From Macrostomum lignano (lineage: Eukaryota), in the NCBI GenBank assembly GCA_002269645.1, contig NIVC01002472.1, forward strand, positions 107,259-171,258: a DNA stretch of 64,000 bases. Reading direction: 5' to 3'. This document shows, in pieces, positions 1 to 11,687 of the stretch. Positions within the stretch are counted from its first letter, which is position 1. Each line of letters begins with the position of its first letter. Under the pieces are notes generated by a model. That model searched no databases. It was not told the DNA's origin and saw only the letters and a list, made by a program, of their open reading frames with translations. The translations under genes and the position numbers were made by a program.

Positions 1-825
1 AAAGGTCTTCCATCAATAATACTAACGAAAAAGCACGAACCTACAGTTAAATTATGACCCTTTCTATTCAACTTAAGCAAACTATTGAAAAACAAAAAGC
101 ACGTATCAATAAAAAGTATCCGAATTTTCATTAGTAGCATTTTGACGCTTACAAGGAGGACAAGCGATATTTCTTACAAAGAACCCAGTTTTCTTTAATA
201 AAATCAATTATAAATTCAAGTAATACTTACTTCCCAGGACATAATGATCAAGGATCTGCTCATAAGTTAAATTCTACTCTAAATAAGGTTTTAAAGATGC
301 TAGTCTCGGCAGAAATACACTCTTTTCGAAGAATAGATAATATAAAGAATGAAAAAAATAGTCACAAACAGAGAAAGAAAACAGAACAAGAAAATTAGCA
401 AGAAGCTTTGATCAATGCAGCCTCCTTATTTGAAAATTAAGGTGCAATTTTTATCTGAAGCTCCAGTCTGGGAGCTGAACACACTGTGTGAGCGTGTGTA
501 TGGTTGTGTGCCTGCGCGCCTGCGGAATAGGCAGAATAGCCTCAGCTCTGGTTGTAGTCGCTCGTAAAACGATATATTTTAATTAACGTAGTTTACAAAC
601 ACTTGAACTAGACACAGATATGGCATTTACTGTATTCAAGAAAGTTAATTATCATATCCGTAGTCTGGTGATAAATGTTTAACTTTTATTTTGAACATTG
701 ACTTGCGCAGGTGCTCAGCGTGCTCAAAATTAAAATGAGTACTTAAATCGTGGCTTATTAGAGAATATTTAACGGACAGAAAAACAGCATGGTAAATCAA
801 ATTTGTCAAGCAGCAGAGGGAGCAG

Positions 826-1608
826 TTACGACTTCACAACCGTGCGAAGATTTCCGCTATTGTCTTTGCTGCTTCTATCGACCTCTGAAGACGCTCCAGA
901 AGACGAACAACTCGAACAGCTGCTCGAGCCAGAAGAGGAAGAAGTCTCAGTTGAAGCTGACGACGAATAAGGAGACGAAGAAGTGCAGGAATAAGACTTC
1001 GATGAGCTCGAGAGCGAGCCTGATGATTCCGATGCAGAGCCGGGCTCTGCAGAGAAGGGTTTAACAGCAACAACAGCGCCGTTATTAACAGTCTCTTGCT
1101 GATGCTGGTACACTGGTTCAAGACGAGGCGGTTGAAATCTGCAATTCGGCCGCTTATGCTGTTGCTGAAGCCCGGGTGCACAGTCGGACAACTGCGGCTC
1201 GCCAGCTTCGTCAGTGAGGATGGCATCTCGATCATTCTGACGGACACTTCCGCAGCTGCCAGCCGTGCTAGCGCCGATTAATGAACGCCTTCGACAGGTG
1301 CACCGGCAGCGGCAGAGCAGGCTTAGCCAGAGACAGACAGCTAGACAAGCAACTAAAGCGCCAGTTGCCATGGTTACTAAGCCAGCAATAGAACTAGCCG
1401 ACAGCGAGAACCTGCCGCCAACAATTAGAAGAATGGCGGCAATTAGAGCTAAGGAGACGGCTATGCCAGTCAGGCTCAGAAACAGCCGAGCCGGAGTGGA
1501 GCAGAAGGAGGGGCAGCGGCAGCAGCGCGGCTGCCGGCCAAGCCAGCTGGAGAGCGGGTCAGCGTTGCTCGCAACTGTTGGATGTTGAGTAAGTGCAGTT
1601 GAAAGCAA
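826..1608 (-). CDS. Terminal exon of an uncharacterised small membrane protein (two hydrophobic helices, Cys/Arg juxtamembrane cluster, Ser-rich tail); 5' exon not located
   Basis: 260-codon open frame with no ATG upstream of the hydrophobic segments (track start is TTG). Two hydrophobic segments (LFLSLTGIAVSLALIAAILLIVGG; IAGLVTMATGALVACLAVCLWLSLLC) are followed by CRCRCTCRRR and a poly-Ser C-terminus. Candidate acceptor ccaacag|TTGCG near 1575. Confidence 0.55.
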   Translation of the reverse strand: MLSTALTQHPTVASNADPLSSWLGRQPRCCRCPSFCSTPARLFLSLTGIAVSLALIAAILLIVGGRFSLSASSIAGLVTMATGALVACLAVCLWLSLLCRCRCTCRRRSLIGASTAGSCGSVRQNDRDAILTDEAGEPQLSDCAPGLQQQHKRPNCRFQPPRLEPVYQHQQETVNNGAVVAVKPFSAEPGSASESSGSLSSSSKSYSCTSSSPYSSSASTETSSSSGSSSCSSCSSSGASSEVDRSSKDNSGNLRTVVKS

Positions 1609-2939
1609 TACTACCGAAGTCTATTAAGCAAATATCACAATAAAAACGAGGCTACTATGATAAAGAGCTTGCATTTCAAAGTCGTTTTTTGTGGGAGGCT
1701 TCATAAGAAATTTTACAACGCTACTACTGCATGGTCTTCTCGTTATATTAAGTAGTCTAGGATGTGAAAGGCGTGTCAACTAAAGCTCATAAGGTGGAGT
1801 CCCTAATTATCCCTTGGCTTGTTCTCCCCGTTCTCAAGTCCAATTTTAGTCGCTTTTTTGCCAAACCCAGCTTCCTGGTGTCACTATGAGCAGAATGGCG
1901 TATCTTTTGTGTACATAGGTTTCTCGGGCTCCATTTTATGAGCATAAAGTTCATCTAGCTTGTTAGAAAGACTGTATAAATTCATCTGGTAGGTAAACGT
2001 TTTGACTCAATGGGGTTGTAGATCTTAATCTTTACTAAGATGCTTTTAGCAGAAACCTAACTAGACCAGGCAACTCACCCTCTCTGCAGTCAGGCACTTC
2101 GTGATAAATGCGCGGGCCAAAGTATTGAGGCGGCTTTGGCTTCTCAGTTGTTGATGAAGGCTTAGTCTGAGCCATTTTGTTTAACAATTTGGCAATCCTG
2201 TCAACTAAAATCTGAGTTTTGCCGAATTTTCTCTGCCTGCTCTGATCAAAGGTGGCTCAGAGGTCAGGATGCTACTAAGAATGCTCGCTCAAAAATATAG
2301 TGTCCGGTGGAAGAGATAGAGACCAACCAGACACTAATAAAATACTAGAGTAGGTATGAGGATTAGGAATGAATTTTTAATGACATGTTTCCATGACATC
2401 AAAGACCTAACTGAACAAGAACAACATTAATTATTCAGCAACTGACAACAGGGTTGGCAATCACTGCCAAGGAATAATTAGCATCAAGCAGAAGGAACAG
2501 ACGTGGAGAATTTTTTATGGAATAGAATAATGCTATAAAACATTACCTAAGCGAGTGCCATACAATTTTTTGCATCAGCTTCTACTGCTATAAGTAGCAA
2601 TATCAGCCAGTGAACTAATAAAAACTGGTGAAAAACCAAAAGAATAACACCAGATGTAAGAAAAACTGCAAGATGTCAATATTAATTGACTAGGGATTTC
2701 AATGCCAGATTCCAAGATTTATTGGGATTCAAAATTCTGGGATAACAAGCTTTTGGGATCTGGAATCCAAGGATTATGCTTCTCTAGAGTTGCTCTACAA
2801 CCAAAATTTTCCTATATCCATCTGTACTCAAATTTAAATTTTCCCATAACTTTTAATGGTGTTAAATCCAGTGGCAATAGTTCTTCCAGCATTTAACATA
2901 ATACAGTTAGGAAATAAAGAATGACATCTAACTCATAAC

Positions 2940-3180
2940 TTAAAGGTTGGGGTTTCAATTCCCAAGCCCACTGCAATAATTTGTGTCTTTGAGCAAGACA
3001 CTCAACTCTGCATTGCTTCAGTTCACACAGCTGTAAAATGGGTGCTAGTAAAATGGGTGCTAGTAAAATGGGTGCTAGTAAAATGGGTGCTAGTATCTAG
3101 TCCTTGGACTGAACAGTATTACGCAGCCTTCAGATGCATTGTGAAATAGCTGTAGCTGAGCTGCCAGTTAATAATAATTA
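2940..3180 (+). mobile_element. tRNA-derived CORE-SINE copy, degraded, with an internal 15-bp x4 tandem expansion
   Basis: Shares gtgtc(c/t)ttgagcaagacact...ctgtaaaatgggt and the 3' ccttggactgaacag...gcagccttcagatgc with copies at 13975, 17826 and 26120. GTAAAATGGGTGCTA occurs four times at 3033-3092. Confidence 0.8.
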
Positions 3181-3385
3181 TTTTTATTATAAAATTATAA
3201 CAACAGTTTAACCTGACTCATTAACAATATCTTTGCATTTGTAGTGACTGGCTGCTAGGCTAGCTGGTTATTCAGCAGCATTCACTAGCTTTCCCTAAGA
3301 GTGCTGTGATCCGCTGCATAGTAGCTCAGTCCACCTGATCTAGTGAGAGAGATACCCTGTGCTGGGCCTAAGTGTTTACTGCCTG

Positions 3386-3770
3386 ATGACTCATCGCCAG
3401 AGCAGGCGCGGGCAGCCACACTTAATGTCTTCCCACTCGCGCTGAGGAGGCGTAGCAGAATGACTCATCACCTGCGCGGAGTGTAATGGCTGCCTAGAGG
3501 GAGTAAACAAGATGACTCATCTGCCCATGTTCTATTTTTAGCATAGAAAAGCACGTGACTGTGCACGCACACTGTGCGTGGCCACTGACCTTGAGTCACG
3601 CCACTGCTGCGTGACAGGGTTGCCTTATTTGGATGTTGGCCTTGAATCACGCGTCGCTTGCATGATTTTTGTGACCAAATAAGGAAGTTTCACGCGCTCA
3701 CCGTATGAAACTCACGTGACTTTTGGGGGTCCACTCGGCTATAAATACGAAGCATCTGGGAGCCATTTTT
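3386..3770 (+). promoter_or_regulatory. Pol II promoter-like module: AP-1 x4, E-box x2, CArG x2, ETS core, TATA, Inr/YY1-like
   Basis: ATGACTCAT at 3386, 3460 and 3512; TGAGTCA at 3592; CACGTG at 3552 and 3713; CCTTATTTGG at 3623-3632; CCAAATAAGG at 3675-3684 overlapping GGAAGT; TATAAATA at 3740-3747; GCCATTTT at 3762-3769. Confidence 0.6.
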
Positions 3771-4653
3771 CTCCAGACTGCGTTGTCTCGCGGAGCATTG
3801 TGGCTGACTTGTGAAGCCTTCTCCGAGCTCTCCTCTCTCACTTCAGGTTTTTCAGGTTTTCAGGTTCGAGCAGCATTCTACTAAGACGATCAACTGTTGA
3901 GACATTTTTTCAGATTTGCCTTTGCTCCGAGCGACTTCATTATTTTTTTTCAGGTGACGGATAGACAACTCTGCCAATGCATCGAGTCCGCACACCAAGG
4001 TGGCAGCAACCCTACCAAGTCAAGGCTAACATTTTAGGTTTATTTTCAGGCAAATTGATAGGTAGTACAATGGTACTATCTAGCTACTTCAGGAGCAATG
4101 GGTTCTATTTCTAGGAACATCTTCAAGAACCCAAGAAAAAGTAAAACACATTTATTGCATAAAAATGGCTATAACTACATTTATCTTTACTTTAGCCCCT
4201 ACTATCCAATCAAACAATGTATATGTGGTAGCTATCAAAATCTCTATTGATTAAGTCCTTGTTGCCAGCCTAGGGACTTGAAAGTTCCTCTTATAAAAGC
4301 TTTAAAAACTAGCAAAATTCATTAATTTCTAAGTTGCTCTAACCCATGAAATCAAGGGCTCCAAAAGTCTTTTTAAAATATTAAAAATATTAAATATTAA
4401 ATAATAATTATTTAATAATAAATAATAATATTATAATATTATAATAATATTATAATAATAAACATGTTCACATAATCATATCTATATTGGTATGTTTGAT
4501 ATAAAACATTTGTATCTATAACCTTCAATAATTAAATTACCATATATATAGCCATGGCAAGCCACTATGCTTTTTTTAGATTAAATAGTTAGAGAAATAA
4601 CCAATAAACAATCTTTAACCTTATAGTTTTTAAAGAATCAGGGACATTCGAGT

Positions 4654-4879
4654 GCAATTCATGGCTGGTTGGCCAACCTGCTGCCCCAACAACAATCCTG
4701 CCTGTTACCAAGCTACATCTATACTAACACCATCATAGGCTCACGTGAAGGCCAAATTTTGCTAGATGCATGGTACATCCGATAGACTATTTGAGTCATA
4801 CCTACAAGAGTACCTCTGGCAGCACCTCTTCCCGAACAAGACTTTTGGGAACTTCCTCTACTGGGTATCACATTATTAA
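4654..4879 (+). pseudogene. Merlin/IS1595-like (ISXO2) DDE transposase C-terminal relic
   Basis: Reads IYTNTIIGS / (frameshift) AHVKAKFC*MHGTSDRLFESYLQEYLWQHLFPNKTFGNFLYWVSHY*. This matches the recalled family pattern HTNTIEG.W...K......HG.S...L..YL.E..WR. Contains a stop and a frameshift. Confidence 0.7.
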
Positions 4880-5084
4880 TATTATCCATTATAATCCATT
4901 TCAATTGCAGACTAACAAAATTAGGCCTAGACAGTTGCTTCTATGTTTATCTTACTCCGTGTTATCCCTTATTATCTATTCTGTCCCTTACTAAGCTTAA
5001 AGTTACTTAAAAGATATTATTTTAAAAAAAAAATAATTTAACATGCAAAACTACAAGATAGCCAGCAAATCAATATTATAGGCC

Positions 5085-5539
5085 TATAGGTGTAGGAATG
5101 AGGGGACAGTGGGGCTATGCCCCCCTCTTTACTTTTTAAAGTGGGGGCCCATAATGGTATTTGGCCATTCCACATTTTAAATGTAGAATGTAGACTTTTT
5201 GCTGATCTTTTCTTTTACTATTTTGCTGCTTTGCATGAATGTATTTTGCTACATAGCAACAAAACATAGCATCTGTGGTGCTAAAATGAATGCCTGTGGC
5301 ACTAAAATGAGTGCCTGCAGTGCTAAAATGAGTGCCTGTGGCTGTAGTGCTAAAATGAGTGCTGACAATACCAATTCTAAAAATAATTGGCACATGATAA
5401 TTTGCTTTTTCCATATAAAAATAGAAAAATCTAAATCTAACTAAATCTAGCACCGTGTGCGCCCCCCCTCAAATCCGCCACTGAACCTGGGTTAGGGCCT
5501 ATCTGGCCCCCCACTTTTTGAAATGTTTCTAGGCCTATG
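5085..5539. mobile_element. Degenerate MITE-like element with imperfect TIRs and an internal ~21-bp tandem repeat
   Basis: Left tataggtgtaggaat versus reverse complement of right end cataggcctagaaac. GC-rich subterminal GGGG/CCCC blocks. gctaaaatgagtgc repeats at 5279-5365. No clean TSD. Confidence 0.4.
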
Positions 5540-6777
5540 CCTATGAACCAATATGAAAATCAGGCTAACAATATGGATGGTCAATAAAAATACAATACAA
5601 ATCCCATTGTATAATACTCGTACAGCCTATAGGTCCAGGTTTACACGCCTAAGTGATTCAACAAGAAAAAGTACCATGGCATGGTATTAGTAAAATAAAC
5701 ATTTAGTCGATTAGAAAAGTTTATGGTGAGCACAACAACAAAAAATAATTCATCTAAAAAAGATTATTAAAGTTGTAAACCGTGTTTTTTGCATTTGCGA
5801 TGTGTTAAAATATCTTGATTATTGACAGTTGGTATCATTTGTGTCAGCCTCGAGTGTCGAGTCAAATGCTCACGGCCTCACGTCAGAGTTCATCGTAAAG
5901 TGTTTCTTACAAATTACATATTTTAAAATTGTCAGTTAAAACAATATTTAAATGCCGGTAAGTTTTGCTACGAAATCTTACAAAATCTACTTGGCTGATT
6001 ACGTTCAGTTATGAGTGCATTTGTCAGTTGAACAATTTTTTTACAGAGGGTTTGTGGCGGTTAGGATAATAACTTTATTCCTAAAAACATTATTGGTTTG
6101 TACTAATAATTCCATAGTAAATTTAGTCATACAAAATATTTGATACTGTACCAAAATGCAAGGGCCGCAGTATATAACTGTTATATACAGCAGTGGTCCT
6201 TGCCAAATTAAAAAGACCACGTACATGTACATGTACATGTATGTACATTGAAGTATACATGTCCTTGCATGTAGTGTTGCATTGTTACTAATTGGTAACG
6301 GTACGTGTACTTTTTGTATGCAAAGCTGCTAGTTCGTGGTAGTTACAGCATGTAATTCATATAAAGGTAACTCTAGCTCTTTGTCATGATATCTAGAATG
6401 ATGAAGAAAACGAAATTTATGGGATAAAAGTTTAAGGATAAACGTAATGGAGGCTATACAGTACATGTAGTTCTCAAGACTGAACAGCGCGCTTTACATT
6501 AGAGTACATAAGCATGCAAGTATAGTTACCACACATCAATTAAGCGAAAAACCATGCAAGAGCTTGTGACTTCACTATTAAGAAAATTTTGTCATTTTTT
6601 GCCACATGTTATTTCTACACAAGTCATAAAGTAAATAAATTTTATTGATTTTATATAATTAAATTTTTCCTTTCAACCCTTGGTGGAGTACGTGCAGCGC
6701 AGTGAAAAAATGAAGACCTTAAGCTGGCCCAATTTATCCAGCTGTATATACTAAATTCAAATGTTGCAAATATCATT

Positions 6778-7390
6778 TTAGCAGAAGTTTCTGAAATAAC
6801 CAATTTTCCTGTCGAACTTCCATTTGCAGCGTCTGAAATTGCGATATACATGTACATGTAGTAGGTGTTAGTTCTGTCACTTCTCAATAACTCATATTAA
6901 ACTGCAGTTTATCAGTGCTTTGAACTTACTCTTCAACATCGCCGCTTTCGTCATCTGCAGAAGTCTCAGACTCGTCGACTGTCGCGGGCTCTTCTAAAGC
7001 ACCTGGAAAGTAATATGCATGAGGCAAAGTGCATGTATACAGAGGTACATAAATATATTGAAGCATCTTTTGAATTTTGCTATTGACTTTGACACCTGTG
7101 CACGGCCCCAATATTTGTCACTTTGTCTTCGTTCTTTCGGTGAGTTCTTAAATTCTGAACAACACCGTCACAAAAGCATGGATGCATTAATTAATACAGT
7201 ACGTAGCAGTACCCTCGGTTGTTTCATCTGAATGCATAATACATGCATATCACAAGAAAAAAGCTGCTTTAAAGCAAAAGAACTTGCCATAATTTCCGTA
7301 GTTAGAATCGCCGTTGAATTCCGCAAGACTTGTGCGAGCTAGCATGACCACCAGAGACACGAATAGAAGGGTCACAGTGAAGCGGGTCAT
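6778..7390 (-). CDS. Secreted peptide precursor A (76 aa): signal peptide + acidic propiece + cationic Cys-x14-Cys peptide
   Basis: Exons 7390-7288, 7002-6930 and 6832-6778 (231 nt). GCCACCATG start; GC-AG intron 1 (G|gcaagt...tttccag); GT-AG intron 2. Protein: MTRFTVTLLFVSLVVMLARTSLA-EFNGDSNYGNYGALEEPATVDESETSADDESGDVEER-CKWKFDRKIGYFRNFC*. AATAAA at 6646-6641. Confidence 0.8.
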
Positions 7391-8074
7391 GGTGGCAGCG
7401 CAGTGGTTTCAGATGATTTAGCCAAAACTGTTGTAGCACTGGAAGCGCGTGACTCATCGGCAAAAATATTGCTAAACCTTCCACCCAAATACGCAGACTG
7501 ACTTAAAAGGCCAGCCTTTTATTGTTGGTAATGCAGTAATTGTGTTAAAGAATTTTCAGCTCGAAACTAGCTCACGTGTCTTGGACTAACAACCGATGCT
7601 CACGTGTGCAGTACTGCTCATCAGACTCATATTCATAAAATAGAAACCTTTGATTGCCCTGGCTACTATGCAGTCATTATGTGCGGCCAAAACCAGAAAA
7701 CGCAATACGCTAACCACTTCTCTAACCATTGCAATAGCTACTGATTGCTTTTGCAATTGCAGTTAACTTCAGTGCTCCAGCTCAATTAATGCAGAGTTCT
7801 CTGGTAGCCAAGGGGTATTAAAGAAAGAGCAATTCGTGAGGAAACTCAAGCACAGAGCTATACATTCTCATTCAGTGATTTCTACCACCTCTAATCCTCT
7901 GTTTTTAACTCAGTGTTCTAACAGTTTTGTGAGTGACTTTCGCAAAAAGTCTAAAGTCTATAAGACTTTTTCAAGTACATCATTTTGTATTTTCTTGGTT
8001 ACTTAATAAATTTAAAGTTCGTCTTTAATCATATGCTGTAATCAGATTTATATGAATTTTGGTCCATCGCATGT

Positions 8075-8480
8075 GGCCCCAAACTCGAGTATCAGTGACT
8101 CAAAACACGTACGAGCGTACGAGTCTCAGTTGCTTAAAACTCGAGTCTTCAGTGACTCAAATCACGTAGGAGTCCTCTCTCAGTTGCCCCAAAAATCGAG
8201 TCTTCAGTGACTCAACACACGTAGGAGTCTCAGTTGCCCCAAAACTCGAGTCTCAGTGACTCAACACACGTAGGAGTCTCAGTTGCGCCAAAACTCGAGT
8301 CTTCAGTGACTCAACACACGTAGGAGTCTCAGTTGCGCCAAAACTCGAGTCTCAGTGACTCAAAACACGTAGGAGTCTCAGTTGCCCCAAAACTCGAGTC
8401 TCTCAGTGACTCAAACACGCGGTACGAGTCTCAGTGCCCCAAAGCTCGAGTATCAGTGGCCCAAAACGAGTCTCATAAAG
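8075..8480. repeat. Minisatellite, ~48-50-bp unit, ~8 copies, each carrying TGACTCA
   Basis: Unit ccccaaaactcgagtct(t)cagtgactcaacacacgtaggagtctcagttg. Seven perfect TGACTCA sites between 8096 and 8413. Confidence 0.95.
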
Positions 8481-8635
8481 TTCGAATAACAGCATTCTGT
8501 AAGTCGTTCGCTTGTCTTATTTCAGCCGAAACTAATTGTGCAAACTCTCTGTGAAGCTTTAAGCAACTTAATTCGTCTCTTACCTGCATACGATGCTCTG
8601 CATTATAATCCGTCTGAAATAATGAACGCACCTTA

Positions 8636-11338
8636 CCCGGGTAGCATTTTGACGTCAATTTGCGGTTGCGTTGACGTCGCAAAAATTACCATCGCAAATC
8701 TATTCACCCCAGCCCGTCTTCTTTGATATTTTAGTTTATTTTTGCATAATTAGATGCCAGAGTCAATATGCATTTATAGTCATCATTTTGCTAGCTCAAT
8801 TATACCTGTAAAATAGCAAAGAAGTAACGTAAAATATTCGTTGAAAGTAGGTTGAAAAATCAACGTAAAAACTTTAGTCATTATGGAACCCAAAATTTGA
8901 CGTTTATATACTGCAGTACTATATAATTACGTAGATTGAATGATTTTTATAACACTGAGAAAAGTAAGGGAAAAAGTAAGGCTCGTTTTTTTACAGTTTT
9001 ATTTTGTTAATACGTGTTATTAAAATCGTATATTTGAATATTTTGCTGCATGATAAATCGCTTTATATCATAAGTGGCGTTGCGTTTTTATTTAGTTAGT
9101 GTTACCAGCTATATGAAACTTCACCTTCACAATGATATCAACGTCATCTTTCTCCTGGTTGAATATTATTCGAAATATTTTCAGCTGCCATAAAACATAC
9201 CAATAGATGTTTTTGGTATAGAATGACTTAAAGCAATACCAAATCATGGCTGATTTAGCTACTACAAACTTTGCTAAATTGGCTGGCTAATAAAATAGTT
9301 GCTCCTTTTAATTCTACTACTTTCTCTCTCCCCATTTTCCTATCAGTACTGCTGTTTGTATTGGAAATATACAATAATAATAGCCTGGCCTACCACAAGT
9401 ATTGCATTGGTTACAACTATTAGAGTTAAACATAATTCCTATCAAAATAATAATTGTCTGGAAATCAAATTCCTACATACATACAGTTTGCAAAGAACTG
9501 CTTGATTTTCAAATCAGTCTTACTCTCAGCCTAATCATATATAATCATTGGACCTTAGATATCATATCCAAGATCCAATTTCAAATTTTTATTTGGAAGG
9601 TGCAGTTGTTCTAGCATTTCTATCATATAAAAAGCTTGGCATACTTGATTTGAAATTAATATTTTTTGTTTCTTAGTTTTACTAATCAGCCATTTAATTA
9701 CATCATATCTATTATACATGCTAAGTTCATGTTAGCATTTAAAATATACTTTAGTTTCCTAGTTATCTCATTAAAATCTTTAGTAGGCCCTAATTTCTCA
9801 TTTTAGCACTCTTAGAGCTACAATTTCCTTAACAAACTTATGCTTAGCTATATTCTATAGTAAAACATACATTTATTAATGTTTTGCCTCATCAAGTAGC
9901 CTATAGCTTGTTAATCATATTTAAACATATTTTAGACATTATTGTAGCATTGCTGGGCACTATTGTTTAATTTGTGGTTGAGCAGATTTTTTAGCTGAAT
10001 AGAAAGTCTGAAAAAAGTAAAAATATTTATAAGATTATGTATAGAAATCCTAAGACTAAGAGTAAGGCTAAAGACTTCTGTATAATATAGTTTTGTATAT
10101 TGTAATTTATGGATATATAAAATATAACTGTACAAATGCATAAGTCAAAATCTTTTTATAACCAAATATACTTTTTTCTGCCTATTTCAGATGGCCACCT
10201 AGGTGAAGAGGACAGGAGAGATTGCTACTATATGCCATCAATGATACTAATTCCAACTCCTAGATGAGGAGGAGAAAATTCATTCCTATGATGACATCAT
10301 CCCTGCTTATTGGAACAGGTTGTCATGAAGGGATGTCAGCTAGTCAATTTGAGGAAGGAGTTGTGGAAGAGGATAACAATTCACCATTTGATTCAGTCTC
10401 CTCCAATTCAGAGACTGGGGACTATCAAGAATTTGATGTAGATCTTCTGAGTGAAAGACTAGGCAAAATGCAGCAATATGCAACTATACTCTCTATTTAT
10501 TTATTCTACAGTTCTGTTGCTTGCTGCTTTCATCCTTATATTTGTTGATCAATGACACTGTTTTCAACATTCTATTTTGTTTTGTCAGTACTGTCGTTTT
10601 TGGCGCTATTGTAAATTTTTCAACTTTTAAAATTTAATTTATTACCATCCTTTTCATAAATTTTCATTTGCAAGCATCAACTTAATTTGTGTTAAAATAA
10701 CAATTTATGAAAAAAAGTAACAACTTCTGAATCCAATGTCTACAATATGTATGTATACAAGAGAAGATGAATATAAGGCTTTGTCCGCATGTATTCTTGT
10801 TTAATATTTTCTGGTAAAAATGTAACTATTAGCCAGGGGCGTAGCCAAGGGGGGTCATTGGGGTCATGAACCCCCCCCCCCAGCTGTCTGATCCAGGCCA
10901 AATACAGGCAGCAGCCCCCCTCCCCTGTCGCAGAGGCCTAGCACCCCGCCCCCGGTTGCCGTGTGACTGTGACCCCCGGAAGGAAATTCCTAGCTACGCC
11001 ACTGCTATTAGCTTCTAGAAATAAGATGGATACATGTACTGCCTACACACATTTAAAGAAAGTTGACTTCAGAATGCAAAGATAACCATCAATTATAAAG
11101 CCAGTAACATTTGTTTTCTTAAAAGACATTATACCAGTCATTTCGTGCATTTAAAAGCCATTAAATCTATTAAATAAAGACGGTAAAATTTCGGTACATT
11201 TTGACGTCAAAACAACGTCATAGATCTAGGTCAAAATTACGTAAAAAACATCGACAGAATTGACGTCCTTTCGACGTTACACTTTGACCTATTTTCAACG
11301 TCATTTTGACGTCGCGCAACGTCACTTTGCTACCCGGG
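8636..11338. mobile_element. 2.7-kb non-autonomous DNA transposon with TIRs and TTA target-site duplication (superfamily uncertain)
   Basis: tta|CCCGGGTAGCATTTTGACGT ... ACGTCACTTTGCTACCCGGG|tta. ACGT-rich subterminal repeats at both ends. AT-rich interior with no transposase ORF. Confidence 0.8.
10834..11004. mobile_element. 171-bp hAT-type MITE nested in the 2.7-kb element
   Basis: TIR CAGGGGCGTAGC / GCTACGCCACTG (11/12 match). Perfect 8-bp TSD CTATTAGC at 10826-10833 and 11005-11012. Confidence 0.9.
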
Positions 11339-11638
11339 TTAGCTGCCCCGGGTTGGACAACAGTGCCAACCCAAAGCACAAAAGTGAGACTGCAGCAGTA
11401 ATTTAGACTGGATGATAAAATGAAAGAAGCTTTCAACAATAGACAGAAAGTAAACCCAATTCCAGGCATAAACAAACGCTGCGGCTTCGATTCTCTGCCG
11501 CAAATTTAAAGCAAAATAAAAAGGGACGCACCACAGTGGCTTGCTACGCTACGATAAGAGCTTTCAATGCTCATAAGCACGCGCTCAAACCTGCAGTAGC
11601 ATCAGGCGGGCAAAAGCTTTTTAAGTATTATCTACGAC

Positions 11639-11687
<49 letters not shown>
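11639..11687. repeat. (GATA)n microsatellite
   Basis: About 12 perfect GATA units. Confidence 0.98.

Noticed and set aside
8075-8480. Possible CRISPR-like array (also considered for 15470-15995 and 30528-31245)
   Set aside because: Units are head-to-tail with no unique spacers, there are no cas genes, and the context is eukaryotic.
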